NCBI GenBank assembly: GCA_019058315.1
Contig: JAHPZH010000002.1
Span: 480,001 to 544,000, forward strand
Length of the DNA stretch: 64,000 nt
Direction: 5' to 3'
From: Candidatus Helarchaeota archaeon
Lineage (GTDB): Archaea > Asgardarchaeota > Lokiarchaeia > Helarchaeales > RDOG01
In this document: one piece after another, positions 9,780 through 19,659 of the stretch
Position numbering within the stretch: the stretch's first letter is position 1
How the letters are laid out: the number at the start of each line of letters is the position of its first letter
Notes under the pieces: generated by a model
Database searches by the model: none
Seen by the model: the letters and a program-made list of their open reading frames with translations, nothing else
What the model was told of the DNA's origin: nothing
Made by a program: the position numbers and the translations under genes

Positions 9780-11807
9780 ATGACTGTAACTATTCAAGAT
9801 TATAAGAAGAAACCGACATTTAGAAGATTATTATCTCCTTTGAAGGTTCGCTCTCTTGAAATAAAAAATAGAATTATTATGGCTCCTATGCATATGAATT
9901 ATTGCGGAAGTCAAGGCCAAAATACACCGAAATTTACAGCCTTTTATGCAGCCAGAGCGAAAGGAGGAACAGGTCTGGTAATTATCGGAGGTGCACAATT
10001 CTCAACGACTGGTGGAAATGCTCCTAATATGGTAAATCTGATGAACGATGATGTAATTCCAGAATGGAAAGAATTCACCGATACAATCCATAAAAATGGA
10101 GGAAAAGCAGGGGTTCAATTACTTCATTGTGGTAGATATGGTTATTTTGGTGAAACATACGCTCCCTCACCAGTTCCTTCTGGTATGGGAATGCGACAAA
10201 CACCAAAAGAATTAACTATTGAACAAATTGAATTTGTACAAGATGAATATGCTTCTGCTGCAGTTAGGGCAAAAAAAGCAGGTTTTGATACAGTTGAAAT
10301 TTGTGGTAATACTGGTTATTTACCTAGTCAATTTGTTTCTAAATTTACAAATAGGCGTAAGGATAAATATGGAGGCGATTTGGAACAAAGAACCACTTTT
10401 TCAGTTGAATTGCTTCATAAGATGCGAAAGGCGGTTGGCGATTACCCAATAATATATCGATTACCACCAGATGATCTAATACCTGATTCAACTACCAATG
10501 CTGAAATGGTACAAATTGTTCCTATATTTGCAAAGGCTGGTGCGGATATGTTGCACGTTGCTGGAGGATTTCACGAAGCTAGGGTTCCACAATTAACTAT
10601 AAATGTTCCAATGGGATACTCTGCAAGAATGGCTGGTAATATTAGAAGAGCCGCTAAAATTCCAGTAATTCTAGCACATCGCGTCCATGATGCAATTTTA
10701 GCCGAAAATTTAATTGCTGCTGGACATATCGATTGCGTTGGTTGGGGACGTCCTCTTATTTGTGATCCAGAAATTGGAAATAAGTTAAAAGAAGGCAGAT
10801 GGGAGGATATACGTTGGTGTATTGGGTGTAATCAAGGTTGCTTCGATGCTGTTTTCCTTGCACAGCCAGTTACTTGTTTACAAAATCCACAAGCTGGGAA
10901 GGAAGAAAAACTTAAAATTATTCCTACTGACTCACCTAAAAGTGTGATTGTTATTGGTGGAGGACCTGGGGGCATGGAAGCTGCATTAATTCTAAAACAA
11001 CGTGGACATAATGTTACATTATATGAAAAAGCTGGTTTCCTTGGAGGAGATCTTTATTTAGCAAGTGTTCCTATTGGTCGCGAAGATTTTGGAAAAGTTA
11101 TCGATTATCTGATAAGACAATTAATTAAAAATAAGGTTGATATTAAACTTAATACTGAAATTACTTCTGAAATGATTCTAAAACTAAAACCTGATGCTGT
11201 AATTGTTGCCTCGGGTAATATCCCAATAATTCCTCAGATTCCAGGGATAGATGGTCCCAATGTCGTTATGGCAAAGGATGTACTTTTGGATAAAGTTGAT
11301 GTTGGGGATAATGTTGTTATTATTGGTGGTGGAGCAGTTGGATCAGAAACGGCACTGCATGTAGCAAAATCTTCAGCAATTTCTTCCGAAATAGCCATGC
11401 ATTTAATTCAACATAAAGTTCTAGATATTGAAGAAGCAATTAGGCAATATCGCTATGGAAAAAATGTGACTATTCTTGAAATGAAGAAAAAAATTGGAGA
11501 GAATATTGGAAAAACTTCCAGATGGACTGTAATCGGTGACTTAGTTTATCATGGAATAAAAAGTATAACACTTGCAGAAGTCAAAGAGATAAAAGAGCAC
11601 AGTGTTGTTTTTAACATAAAGGGCGAAGAAAAAGAATTAGATTTTGATACCTGCATTATAGCGGCTGGAGTAAGATCTAATAAAAAATTGTATGAGGAAA
11701 TAAAAGATAAAGTCAAAGAAGTAAAACTAATTGGTGACGCAAAAAATCCACGAAAAGCTCTTGATGCAATTGCCGAAGGTTTCAAAGCAGCTATTAAAAT
11801 TAAATAA
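9780..11807 (+). CDS. NADH:flavin oxidoreductase / 2,4-dienoyl-CoA reductase-like (OYE + FAD domain)
   Basis: KNRIIMAPM, TNRRKDKYGG, CIGCNQGC Fe-S motif, GGGPGG and GGGAVG nucleotide-binding motifs. Confidence 0.9.
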   Translation: MTVTIQDYKKKPTFRRLLSPLKVRSLEIKNRIIMAPMHMNYCGSQGQNTPKFTAFYAARAKGGTGLVIIGGAQFSTTGGNAPNMVNLMNDDVIPEWKEFTDTIHKNGGKAGVQLLHCGRYGYFGETYAPSPVPSGMGMRQTPKELTIEQIEFVQDEYASAAVRAKKAGFDTVEICGNTGYLPSQFVSKFTNRRKDKYGGDLEQRTTFSVELLHKMRKAVGDYPIIYRLPPDDLIPDSTTNAEMVQIVPIFAKAGADMLHVAGGFHEARVPQLTINVPMGYSARMAGNIRRAAKIPVILAHRVHDAILAENLIAAGHIDCVGWGRPLICDPEIGNKLKEGRWEDIRWCIGCNQGCFDAVFLAQPVTCLQNPQAGKEEKLKIIPTDSPKSVIVIGGGPGGMEAALILKQRGHNVTLYEKAGFLGGDLYLASVPIGREDFGKVIDYLIRQLIKNKVDIKLNTEITSEMILKLKPDAVIVASGNIPIIPQIPGIDGPNVVMAKDVLLDKVDVGDNVVIIGGGAVGSETALHVAKSSAISSEIAMHLIQHKVLDIEEAIRQYRYGKNVTILEMKKKIGENIGKTSRWTVIGDLVYHGIKSITLAEVKEIKEHSVVFNIKGEEKELDFDTCIIAAGVRSNKKLYEEIKDKVKEVKLIGDAKNPRKALDAIAEGFKAAIKIK

Positions 11808-11957
11808 CCTCTTTATTTTTTTATTTGACCCAATCTATGAAAAAATAATAAAATCATAAATTTTTGTTCTAAATTGTAAAATAATTTAATCTATTAGATT
11901 TGATGCAATTTATTCTATAATATTTTGAAATAAAAAAAATAAAGGATTAGTGAAATA

Positions 11958-13004
11958 ATGAAAGTTGGAGTAGTTGGTGCATCAGGATATACTGGAGGAG
12001 CACTATTAAACCTTCTATTCTCACATCCTGAAGTAGAAATCGAAATGGTTACTTCAAGGCAATATCAAGGAAAATTGGTCAGTGATTTACATCCAAATTT
12101 TCGTAAATTTTCAAAAATAAAATTTGAAAACCTTGAGTTGAGTAAAGCCGGAAATTGTGACTTCATATTTCTAGCAGTTCCACATAAATCTGCTATGCAT
12201 ATAGTCCCTGGATTATTAGAAACAGGAGTTAAAGTTATTGATCTAAGTGCAGATTTTAGGTTAAAATCTCTAGAAGATTATGAAAAATATTATGGAGAAC
12301 ATACTTGTCCGGAATTATTTAAAAAGGCAGCTTATGGTTTACCTGAATTACATAGAGATGAAATCAAAAAAGCTGAAATTATTGCTTGTTGTGGATGTAT
12401 GGCTACAAGTTCTGTTTTAGCCCTAGCTCCCCTTGTCAAAGCTGGAATCATTAATACAGAACATATTATATGTGATGCGATGATGGGATCTTCAGGTGGA
12501 GGAAAAAAATTTACTTTAGCCTCTCATCATCCGGAACGATATGGTGTGATAAGACCATATAAGGCGGTCGGACATAGACATACGGCAGAAATAAATCAAG
12601 AATTAAGTCTAATTGCAAATAAAAAAATTACAGTGGGTTTTTCGGCACACGCTGTAAATATTGTGAGAGGTTTATCAACTACAAACCATGTTTATTTATT
12701 AAAGCCACTCGAGGATAAAGATATATGGAAACTATACAGAGATTTTTATAAAAATGAGCCCTTTATTCGTTTAATAAAGCAAAAAAAAGGTATTTATCGT
12801 CTACCAGATCCCAAAGTACTTATTGGTTCAAATTATTGTGACATTGGGTTCATGTTAGACCAAGATATTTCTCGATTAGTTGCGATATCTGCATTGGATA
12901 ATCTGGTTAAAGGCGCTGCGGGGTTAGCAGTCCAAAGTTTCAATATTATCAACGGTTTTGAAGAGACGAAGGGTCTAGAATTTCCGGGATTTCATCCTAT
13001 TTAA
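11958..13004 (+). CDS. argC: N-acetyl-/LysW-gamma-glutamyl-phosphate reductase (ArgC/LysY)
   Basis: GASGYTG, DLSADFRL, YGLPELHR, HRHTAEI, DNLVKGAAG. Confidence 0.92.
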   Translation: MKVGVVGASGYTGGALLNLLFSHPEVEIEMVTSRQYQGKLVSDLHPNFRKFSKIKFENLELSKAGNCDFIFLAVPHKSAMHIVPGLLETGVKVIDLSADFRLKSLEDYEKYYGEHTCPELFKKAAYGLPELHRDEIKKAEIIACCGCMATSSVLALAPLVKAGIINTEHIICDAMMGSSGGGKKFTLASHHPERYGVIRPYKAVGHRHTAEINQELSLIANKKITVGFSAHAVNIVRGLSTTNHVYLLKPLEDKDIWKLYRDFYKNEPFIRLIKQKKGIYRLPDPKVLIGSNYCDIGFMLDQDISRLVAISALDNLVKGAAGLAVQSFNIINGFEETKGLEFPGFHPI

Positions 13005-13124
13005 AGAATAAATTTAAATTTACAAATAAAGAATATTAAACCTATTAAAAATCATTTAAAAAAACTTTTTAATATCTAATTGAAATATTTTAATATCTTT
13101 GAAAAACCAAATTATGTGGTTAAA

Positions 13125-13400
13125 ATGTCAGCTGAAAAAGTAAAAAAGCCTATAAAGAAAGAAGATCCTGAAAAAATAAAACTTGGTTATGAAGAAGATT
13201 TACATAAAATTAAAATTGCTTTGGTTTTTCTTTTGGCTATTAATTGTGTGCATTTATTTTCATTTGTTTATCAACATTTATACCCAATGTCATCTCCCCC
13301 TTTAGAGGAACTTTTAGTTGTCCTTTATATTTTAATTGTATTTGATATACTATGCCTTATTCCGTATTTCGTATTGTATTATAAATACAAAAAATTGTAA
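13125..13400 (+). CDS. Small membrane protein (2 TM), hypothetical
   Basis: Two hydrophobic helices; ATG 13125 preferred as start. Confidence 0.55.
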   Translation: MSAEKVKKPIKKEDPEKIKLGYEEDLHKIKIALVFLLAINCVHLFSFVYQHLYPMSSPPLEELLVVLYILIVFDILCLIPYFVLYYKYKKL

Positions 13401-13491
13401 ATCTATTTTATTTCTAACAGACTCTTTTTATCCTATTAATAAAATACATAAGAGACTTTTATCAAATAATTATCTATGGGATTGAATTTGT

Positions 13492-14664
13492 ATGTCAACT
13501 GAGTTAATTAATCCAGAAGAAATTTATAGCGGATGGGTTTCTAAAAGACCAATTGAAATTATTAAGGGAAAGGGTGTTTTCCTTTATGATAAAGATGGGA
13601 ATAAATATATAGATTGTATTGGAGGAAATGGGGTTGCAATTATTGGTCATAGCCATCCAAAACTAGTCGAGGCCATAAAGAAGCAAGCCGAAAAATTAAT
13701 TGTTTGTCCGACTTTATTATATAATGACATGCGAGCAAATTTATATAAAAAATTAGCAGAGATTACCCCAGACCCACTCTCAAAATCGTTTTTATCAAAT
13801 TCGGGAGCAGAATCTGTCGAATGCGCTATCAAATTAGCTAAAAGGCATACTGGAAAGCCAGAAATTATCGCAATGAAACACGCATTTCACGGGAGAACGT
13901 CTGGTGCTTTATCCGCTACTTGGAATCCAAAATATAAAAAACCATTTGAACCATTAGTTCCCAAGTTCAAGCATGTTCCTTTTGGTGATATAGAGGCTAT
14001 TAAAAACAATATCTCTAAAGAGACCGCTGCAATTATTCTAGAACCTATCCAAGGGGAAGCGGGTGTCATTATTCCACCAAAGGATTTTCTGAAAGAGCTT
14101 CGAGAAGTATGTAATGAGAAAAATGTTGTTTTAATAATAGATGAGGTACAAACTGGTTTTGGAAGAACTGGAAAATTGTTTGCGTGTTATGGTCATTGGA
14201 ATGTTGTTCCCGATATATTATGTCTTGCAAAAGCAGTATCAGGCGGCATTCCAATGGGAGTAACGATAGCAAAACCAGAAATATTTGATTCAGTTAAAAC
14301 AGGTGAACATTATTCCACTTTCGGGGGCAATCCCCTTGCCTCTGCTGCTGCTTTAGCATCTATTGATATAATCATTGGAGAAAATTTACCAAAAAAAGCA
14401 GAAGAAAATGGGAAATATTTTCTAGATCAATTACAGACCCAATTAGGGGGAAATAGATTAATTAGAGATATTAGAGGGATGGGTTTAATGATAGCTATAG
14501 AATTGAGATTGAAGGTTAAAAAATATATATTAGATGCAGTAAAAAAGGGAGTGCTGTTTTTAACTTCTGGAAAAACTACGATTAGATTACTCCCACCCTT
14601 AATACTTGAAAAAAGGGAGATAGATAAAGTAATAGATATTATTGAACAAATTTTAAAAAATTAG
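13492..14664 (+). CDS. argD: Class III aminotransferase, acetylornithine/LysW-type (ArgD/LysJ)
   Basis: NSGAES, FHGRT, EPIQGEAG, DEVQTGFGRTG, AK PLP lysine, STFGGNPL. Confidence 0.9.
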   Translation: MSTELINPEEIYSGWVSKRPIEIIKGKGVFLYDKDGNKYIDCIGGNGVAIIGHSHPKLVEAIKKQAEKLIVCPTLLYNDMRANLYKKLAEITPDPLSKSFLSNSGAESVECAIKLAKRHTGKPEIIAMKHAFHGRTSGALSATWNPKYKKPFEPLVPKFKHVPFGDIEAIKNNISKETAAIILEPIQGEAGVIIPPKDFLKELREVCNEKNVVLIIDEVQTGFGRTGKLFACYGHWNVVPDILCLAKAVSGGIPMGVTIAKPEIFDSVKTGEHYSTFGGNPLASAAALASIDIIIGENLPKKAEENGKYFLDQLQTQLGGNRLIRDIRGMGLMIAIELRLKVKKYILDAVKKGVLFLTSGKTTIRLLPPLILEKREIDKVIDIIEQILKN

Positions 14665-14813
14665 CTTGAACCCAAGCATATAATGAATTTTATTCTGTTT
14701 ATAATATTTAGAAATTGAAAACAATTTACCACAATAATGAAATTTATTTAGCTGGAATTACAATTATTTATAGGCTTATAGATACTTGATTTGATTAAAA
14801 TTTCGGTGTTAAA

Positions 14814-16700
14814 ATGAAGGATGTATTTTTTAAGTTTAATGTAAAACTTCTATCAACCGAAAAACAAGAAGAATTTCACTGTAATTTGCCATCTCCCTTA
14901 CATATCGCGATATATAAACCCCTACTTGAAAGGTTAGATATTAAAAAAGATGCATTATTACTAGGAAAAAATGCAATTATCAATATTACAATTTCTACAT
15001 TAAATCTACCTATAAAAATAGGTACTTATCGGGATATTTTTTGTCATGAAGATTTAAAGGCGTTTTTTACAGAAAATGAAGATGTTTTTATTTTAAATTA
15101 TAATGATTTAGAAATATTTGATAAATTTAAAGTCATAAAACCCACCAGGCTCTATAAAACAACATTAATGGAAACGATTTCCTTAAAATTCCCAAAGAAA
15201 TATTCAAAATATACTATCCCCGGACAGATATATTTTGGGATTAATAGAAATAATGACCAAATTTGGAAATTTGAGTTAATAGGATTTTCAAATAAGTTCG
15301 AAATTTCAGATAAAAGAGATGGAATAAGTATAATAAATTATTTTGTAGCAGCTGATAAAGCATATGATATCATTCTTGGACAATTAGAATCAGGTAAATT
15401 TACTGAACCCATGGATGTCATTGAGGAAATAAAAGAAACTGAGATGGATTTAAAAGATAAATATAGTAAAAAAATACTTCAATTTTTCAAAGATAATGGC
15501 TCTATGCCTTCGCATCTTGATTTAGTTAGTAATATAATTGGAATTCCACTAGGTTATGAAAAACAAGTCTTACAATATCTTTTTGGACCAATTAAATTAA
15601 ATTTAGATACGATTAGTAACGAAGAACAAAGAGATCTTGAACGAGATGGTAAAAAAATTTTAAATTATGTTGAAAGAAGAAGGAGACAAGAAAAAAACAA
15701 TGTTGAAATTTGGCAACCAATGGTAACTGATATATATTTTGATTTAAAAATAAATCTTAATGAATTAAGACTAGCATTCGAGTATATTAACATACCCACA
15801 AATGATTTTACCATAAAACCAGAGGAAATTACAAGAATTGATAAATTTTCTAAAACAATTATAAATATGGCCCAAAAAAATAACAAAATTCCCACTTTAA
15901 GTCAAGTTATTAGCAAAGGAATGTCAATTGCTCAAGCTAAAAAGGCTTTTAAAGTTTCTGATGAAATATTAAAATCAGTTTTTCCTATGTGGGAAAATGA
16001 ACTTCAAATTCCTCATCTTCTATTTCCAGTGGATGAAATGGTTTCAGAACATCTTGATAAAACTAAAGTCGGAGATAAAGTTCCCAAATTTAAACATGCT
16101 GAAGTTACAGCAGAAGATTCACTGGAGGTCCAAATTACAAAAGCAAGATTTCAAAGAGCCACTGAAGAACCAATAATTTTTGCTGGGAATCCCGAGACAT
16201 TTTTGAAAAAAAGTAAAGCTGTTATTGAAAATGAACTTTCATTTACTAAAGTAAAGGAAAATATTATTTCAGAGTCAGATACATATTCTGGGGATTTAGT
16301 TTATGCTTACTTGGATAAAAAGAAACAAGTCCATTTTTCCGTTCTAATAAGCATAGATGGAAATACTATAGATGATACTGGGAAAGTAGATTTAATAATT
16401 AAATCAAATGATTTATCTGTAGCTGAAAGATTCTTCAATATATTTGATAATAAATTGGAGGAAATTTCAGCCGAATTGACAAAAGACCATTATCTCTCAG
16501 ATTCACAAGATATTTTGCATCTTGTAAAAAGTTACGGAAAAGGGAAAAATTGGACAAATATCGAAGAACTCACAATAAGATTAAATTATTCCACTGAAAG
16601 AGCTACGAGAATCCTCGAATACATGGAACAAAATAATTTAGTTAAAAAAATTGTCAAACCTGATACAGGTGCTCGATATTATTTCCCTGGATTAACTTAA
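14814..16700 (+). CDS. Large hypothetical protein with C-terminal ESCRT-II Vps22/EAP30-like winged helix
   Basis: C-terminus EELTIRLNYSTERATRILEYMEQNNL...ARYYFPGL resembles the Vps22 C-terminal winged helix. Confidence 0.6.
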   Translation: MKDVFFKFNVKLLSTEKQEEFHCNLPSPLHIAIYKPLLERLDIKKDALLLGKNAIINITISTLNLPIKIGTYRDIFCHEDLKAFFTENEDVFILNYNDLEIFDKFKVIKPTRLYKTTLMETISLKFPKKYSKYTIPGQIYFGINRNNDQIWKFELIGFSNKFEISDKRDGISIINYFVAADKAYDIILGQLESGKFTEPMDVIEEIKETEMDLKDKYSKKILQFFKDNGSMPSHLDLVSNIIGIPLGYEKQVLQYLFGPIKLNLDTISNEEQRDLERDGKKILNYVERRRRQEKNNVEIWQPMVTDIYFDLKINLNELRLAFEYINIPTNDFTIKPEEITRIDKFSKTIINMAQKNNKIPTLSQVISKGMSIAQAKKAFKVSDEILKSVFPMWENELQIPHLLFPVDEMVSEHLDKTKVGDKVPKFKHAEVTAEDSLEVQITKARFQRATEEPIIFAGNPETFLKKSKAVIENELSFTKVKENIISESDTYSGDLVYAYLDKKKQVHFSVLISIDGNTIDDTGKVDLIIKSNDLSVAERFFNIFDNKLEEISAELTKDHYLSDSQDILHLVKSYGKGKNWTNIEELTIRLNYSTERATRILEYMEQNNLVKKIVKPDTGARYYFPGLT

Positions 16701-16722
16701 GTAAATATTATCTTTTTTTTAT

Positions 16723-17082
16723 TTATTGTTCGATTTTAACAGTGCTTAATCTATTAATGAGGTTCTTCACACTTAATATTAAAATCCCATAACTTGTATT
16801 TTTTGGGGCGAGGATGCATAAAATAAGGTCTTCTCTTACTCTGAATAAGAACAATTCCCCATTATCACCTCTTATAGAAATTCGATCTAGATTTCCAAAT
16901 TTATTATCTTCTAAACCTTTTTCACTAGTCAGAAGAACAGTAGCAAAAATCATCGCAATTTTATCTTTATCAATACCTTGAGGAAGATCCGCCGCGATGG
17001 GGATTCCAGATGAATTGGCTAAAATTGAACCAAAAATTTTAACATCTTTTTTTATATCCTTCAAAATTGTTTCTACAGACAA
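16723..17082 (-). CDS. Roadblock/LC7 domain protein
   Basis: 119 aa; SILANSSGIPIAADL...RISIRGDNGELFL...GILILSVK. Confidence 0.85.
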   Translation of the reverse strand: MSVETILKDIKKDVKIFGSILANSSGIPIAADLPQGIDKDKIAMIFATVLLTSEKGLEDNKFGNLDRISIRGDNGELFLFRVREDLILCILAPKNTSYGILILSVKNLINRLSTVKIEQ

Positions 17083-17175
17083 ATTAGAACACCTTTTTCT
17101 TAATTATCTCAACCCTCTAATTAATAAATTTTTATTTTTTGTCGAGGTCTTATTCAAGAATATGAAATTAAATTA

Positions 17176-17712
17176 TTACTTTTTTAATCTTTTAATCCTT
17201 TTTCTAATTTTTTTAATCGGTAAATTGCTTTTTTTATAATTTAATGTCATTATATCCTTTAGATATTTTAATTCTAATTTATAATCTTTTAATTCATGAT
17301 AAGACATTCCCAAATAATATAGAGTATTTAGATTCTCCGGATCTCTTTTCAGAATTTCTTTAAAACAACCAATAGCTTTTATATAATCTTCTAATTCATA
17401 ATAATAATATCCCAAATTATACCAAGCATCTAAAAATTCAGGGTTAATTGAAATTGCTTTTTTAAAACAACCACTTATTTTGTCTTCTAAATAAAAAATA
17501 TTTGGTTTTAATGAAAAAAAATTGATTATAAAGAAAATATGTGAGTAAAAGGGATCGAGATTAATATGAAGGTAGGCAATACCTAAATTATACCATGGAG
17601 TTGCTTTTTTAGAGTCAATTTTTAAAGACTTATTAAAACAAAGAATGGCTCTCTTATAATTTTTAGAAAGCATATTTTGATTTCCTTCATAAAACCAATC
17701 ATTTGCTTTCAT
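17176..17712 (-). CDS. TPR repeat protein
   Basis: Repeated WYNLG..Y...AI.CF.K...I.P units. Confidence 0.85.
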   Translation of the reverse strand: MKANDWFYEGNQNMLSKNYKRAILCFNKSLKIDSKKATPWYNLGIAYLHINLDPFYSHIFFIINFFSLKPNIFYLEDKISGCFKKAISINPEFLDAWYNLGYYYYELEDYIKAIGCFKEILKRDPENLNTLYYLGMSYHELKDYKLELKYLKDIMTLNYKKSNLPIKKIRKRIKRLKK

Positions 17713-17737
17713 TATTCTCCCTGAAACAAATAATTAA

Positions 17738-18949
17738 TTATTCCACTGAATCTAACAGTGCCAATAGGTTATTTCTAATCATATCGAGTTTTTCACGACA
17801 AGATGCTTCATTCTCAAACCAATTTATTAATGCATTATCAGAATCGAAATCATCTTGAGAAAATGTATAACTGAAAACGGAGTATAGGACGTCAATTTCT
17901 GAAGCCAAATAACCGATTTTTTCTAAAAAAGTTTGGTATTTTGAATGAAGAACTTTGTGTAATACTTCTCTCTTAATTTTTTTATTCTTCAGACCAAGAG
18001 ATTTTTTAATAAAAAGCCAAAATTCATCGATTGTATCTGAAATCTTTTCTAATTTTTTGATATAAAAAAATGTAAATTCTTCAAATTTTTTATTTGCTTG
18101 TTTTGGTGAAATGCTTTCAATTTCAAATTCTAGATGTTCTTCAATCCCTTCAAGTTCTTTCGTTTTAAGTTGATCTAAAATGGATGATTCATCTATTAAT
18201 TCTAAATCCGATTTATCTCCAACTTCTAATTCAGGTTCTTTAGTAGTAGGTTTTTCCACCAATATTTTCGGGGTTTCATCTCTTTCAAATTCAATTTGAT
18301 TTTTTAAATAATCAAATATAGTTAGGATAAACTGCAGATTCTCTGTTCTATCAATTCCAAATTCAGGGTGATCAATAAAAATATTAAAACCTCCTATCCC
18401 AAACACCCTATTATTTGGAGAAAAAACTGCTATTGGAGTGTTAGGTGGACTAGATTTCGGATTAGATTTTGCAATTACATTACAGGATTTATCAAGTATA
18501 TTAATAGAGCATCCAGAATAAATAATATATTTAAAATTTTCAGAAAAATGAATTGTTTCAAATTTCGAAATCTTAACTACAGCTGAAAGTCCCATATTAT
18601 CCTTTTCATCTTCTACTTGGTCATTATTAAATTCAAATTCAAATCTTCTCCCAATTTCACTAAGATTTGTATTATAGAAGAGATCTCCACCATTTCCACT
18701 AATTAATACTAACCCTTTTCCTCTTTCAACAAATTTTTCTAATGCCATTATTTCCGAATAGGAATAAGCTGTAGTTGGACAACCTAAAATAACTAGATCT
18801 TCTTCCGAAATTTTTTCTAAAGTAATTGGCGGCTGGATTAATCTAAAAATAACTCCACCTAAACGATTTAGAACTACTTGGAAACCTTCTGAATTTAAAT
18901 AATCCAAATTATTATTGTGGCTTTCATCAAGAACTATTTTAAAACTCAT
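17738..18949 (-). CDS. GIFT (GldG/IFT52-like) domain protein with acidic linker and helical C-terminus
   Basis: DLVILGCPTTAYSYSEIMALEKFVERG...GGD...TNL...FNND.V...YSGCSI pattern. Confidence 0.6.
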   Translation of the reverse strand: MSFKIVLDESHNNNLDYLNSEGFQVVLNRLGGVIFRLIQPPITLEKISEEDLVILGCPTTAYSYSEIMALEKFVERGKGLVLISGNGGDLFYNTNLSEIGRRFEFEFNNDQVEDEKDNMGLSAVVKISKFETIHFSENFKYIIYSGCSINILDKSCNVIAKSNPKSSPPNTPIAVFSPNNRVFGIGGFNIFIDHPEFGIDRTENLQFILTIFDYLKNQIEFERDETPKILVEKPTTKEPELEVGDKSDLELIDESSILDQLKTKELEGIEEHLEFEIESISPKQANKKFEEFTFFYIKKLEKISDTIDEFWLFIKKSLGLKNKKIKREVLHKVLHSKYQTFLEKIGYLASEIDVLYSVFSYTFSQDDFDSDNALINWFENEASCREKLDMIRNNLLALLDSVE

Positions 18950-19056
18950 GTTATTCTTTCATCTATTAATCAAATTTTTATATAATTCTATTTACCAAAA
19001 TTACAATAGTTAATGTAATATTTTATTTAAAATGTAAAAATTTTGGAGGTTATTTA

Positions 19057-19659
19057 TTGTTTAGAATTCCTGATGGAACTGAAATTAGAGCTCTAAGAAT
19101 AAAGGCAAGATTAACACAGACTGAATTAGCCAAAAAAGCAGGTGTAAGTCAATCACTTATCGCTAGAAAATAAAAGAAAAAAATTATTCTTTTATCTAGA
19201 ATTGAAACTGGAAGTGTTGATGCTCGTCTATCTACAATAAAAAAAATTTTAACAGCAATAGAAATGACTCTAATAGAGGATGAGGTCGTGGCAATTAGTT
19301 ATTCTACAAAAAATGTAACGCTCATTCGTGGAGATAAAACCGTTAATGAAGCTGCAAAAATTATGTCTGATAAGGGGATTTCTCAAATGCCAGTAATTAA
19401 TGAACAAGATAAAACTATAGGTTCGATAAAAGAAAAAACTATCATTAATAAACTTCTCCAAAATGGTCAAGAAATCTTAAATAATAAAATAGAATCAATA
19501 ATGGAGCCAAAAATACCAGAAATGCCGATAACTACAACCATCGAAGAAGCAAAGAAGATGTTATTACAACATGATGCGATTTTACTCACAAATGAAGAAG
19601 GTATCAAAGGAATTTTAACAAAAATCGATATAATCAAAGCTTATAGTAAAAAAGTTTAA
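19057..19659 (+). CDS. XRE-HTH + CBS-pair transcriptional regulator (COG3620-like), interrupted by a 33-nt intron candidate; exons 19057-19168 and 19202-19659, 189 aa when joined
   Basis: SD GGAGGT at 19045, TTG 19057. Joined product reads MFRIPDGTEIRALRIKARLTQTELAKKAGVSQSLIAR-IETGSVDARLSTIKKIL followed by the CBS pair. The ORF track shows only the CBS half. Confidence 0.88.
19169..19201 (+). other. Putative BHB-type mRNA intron (33 nt)
   Basis: Central helix CTAG/CTAG (19163-66/19196-99), 3-nt bulges AAA and AAT, 9-bp inner stem, in-frame TAA at 19171-73. Confidence 0.82.

Noticed and set aside
14673-14776. Imperfect inverted repeat AAGCATATAA/TTATAGGCTT as a C/D sRNA
   Set aside because: No convincing box C or box D motifs inside.
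17480-17570. ~23-aa insertion in a TPR repeat as a possible intron
   Set aside because: No inverted repeat or BHB visible, and the frame is open.
19264-19659. Stand-alone 131-aa CBS protein as given by the ORF track, or an HTH pseudogene
   Set aside because: The upstream in-frame HTH exon has its own SD and start codon, and the interruption is a precise BHB. A spliced single gene explains the data better.
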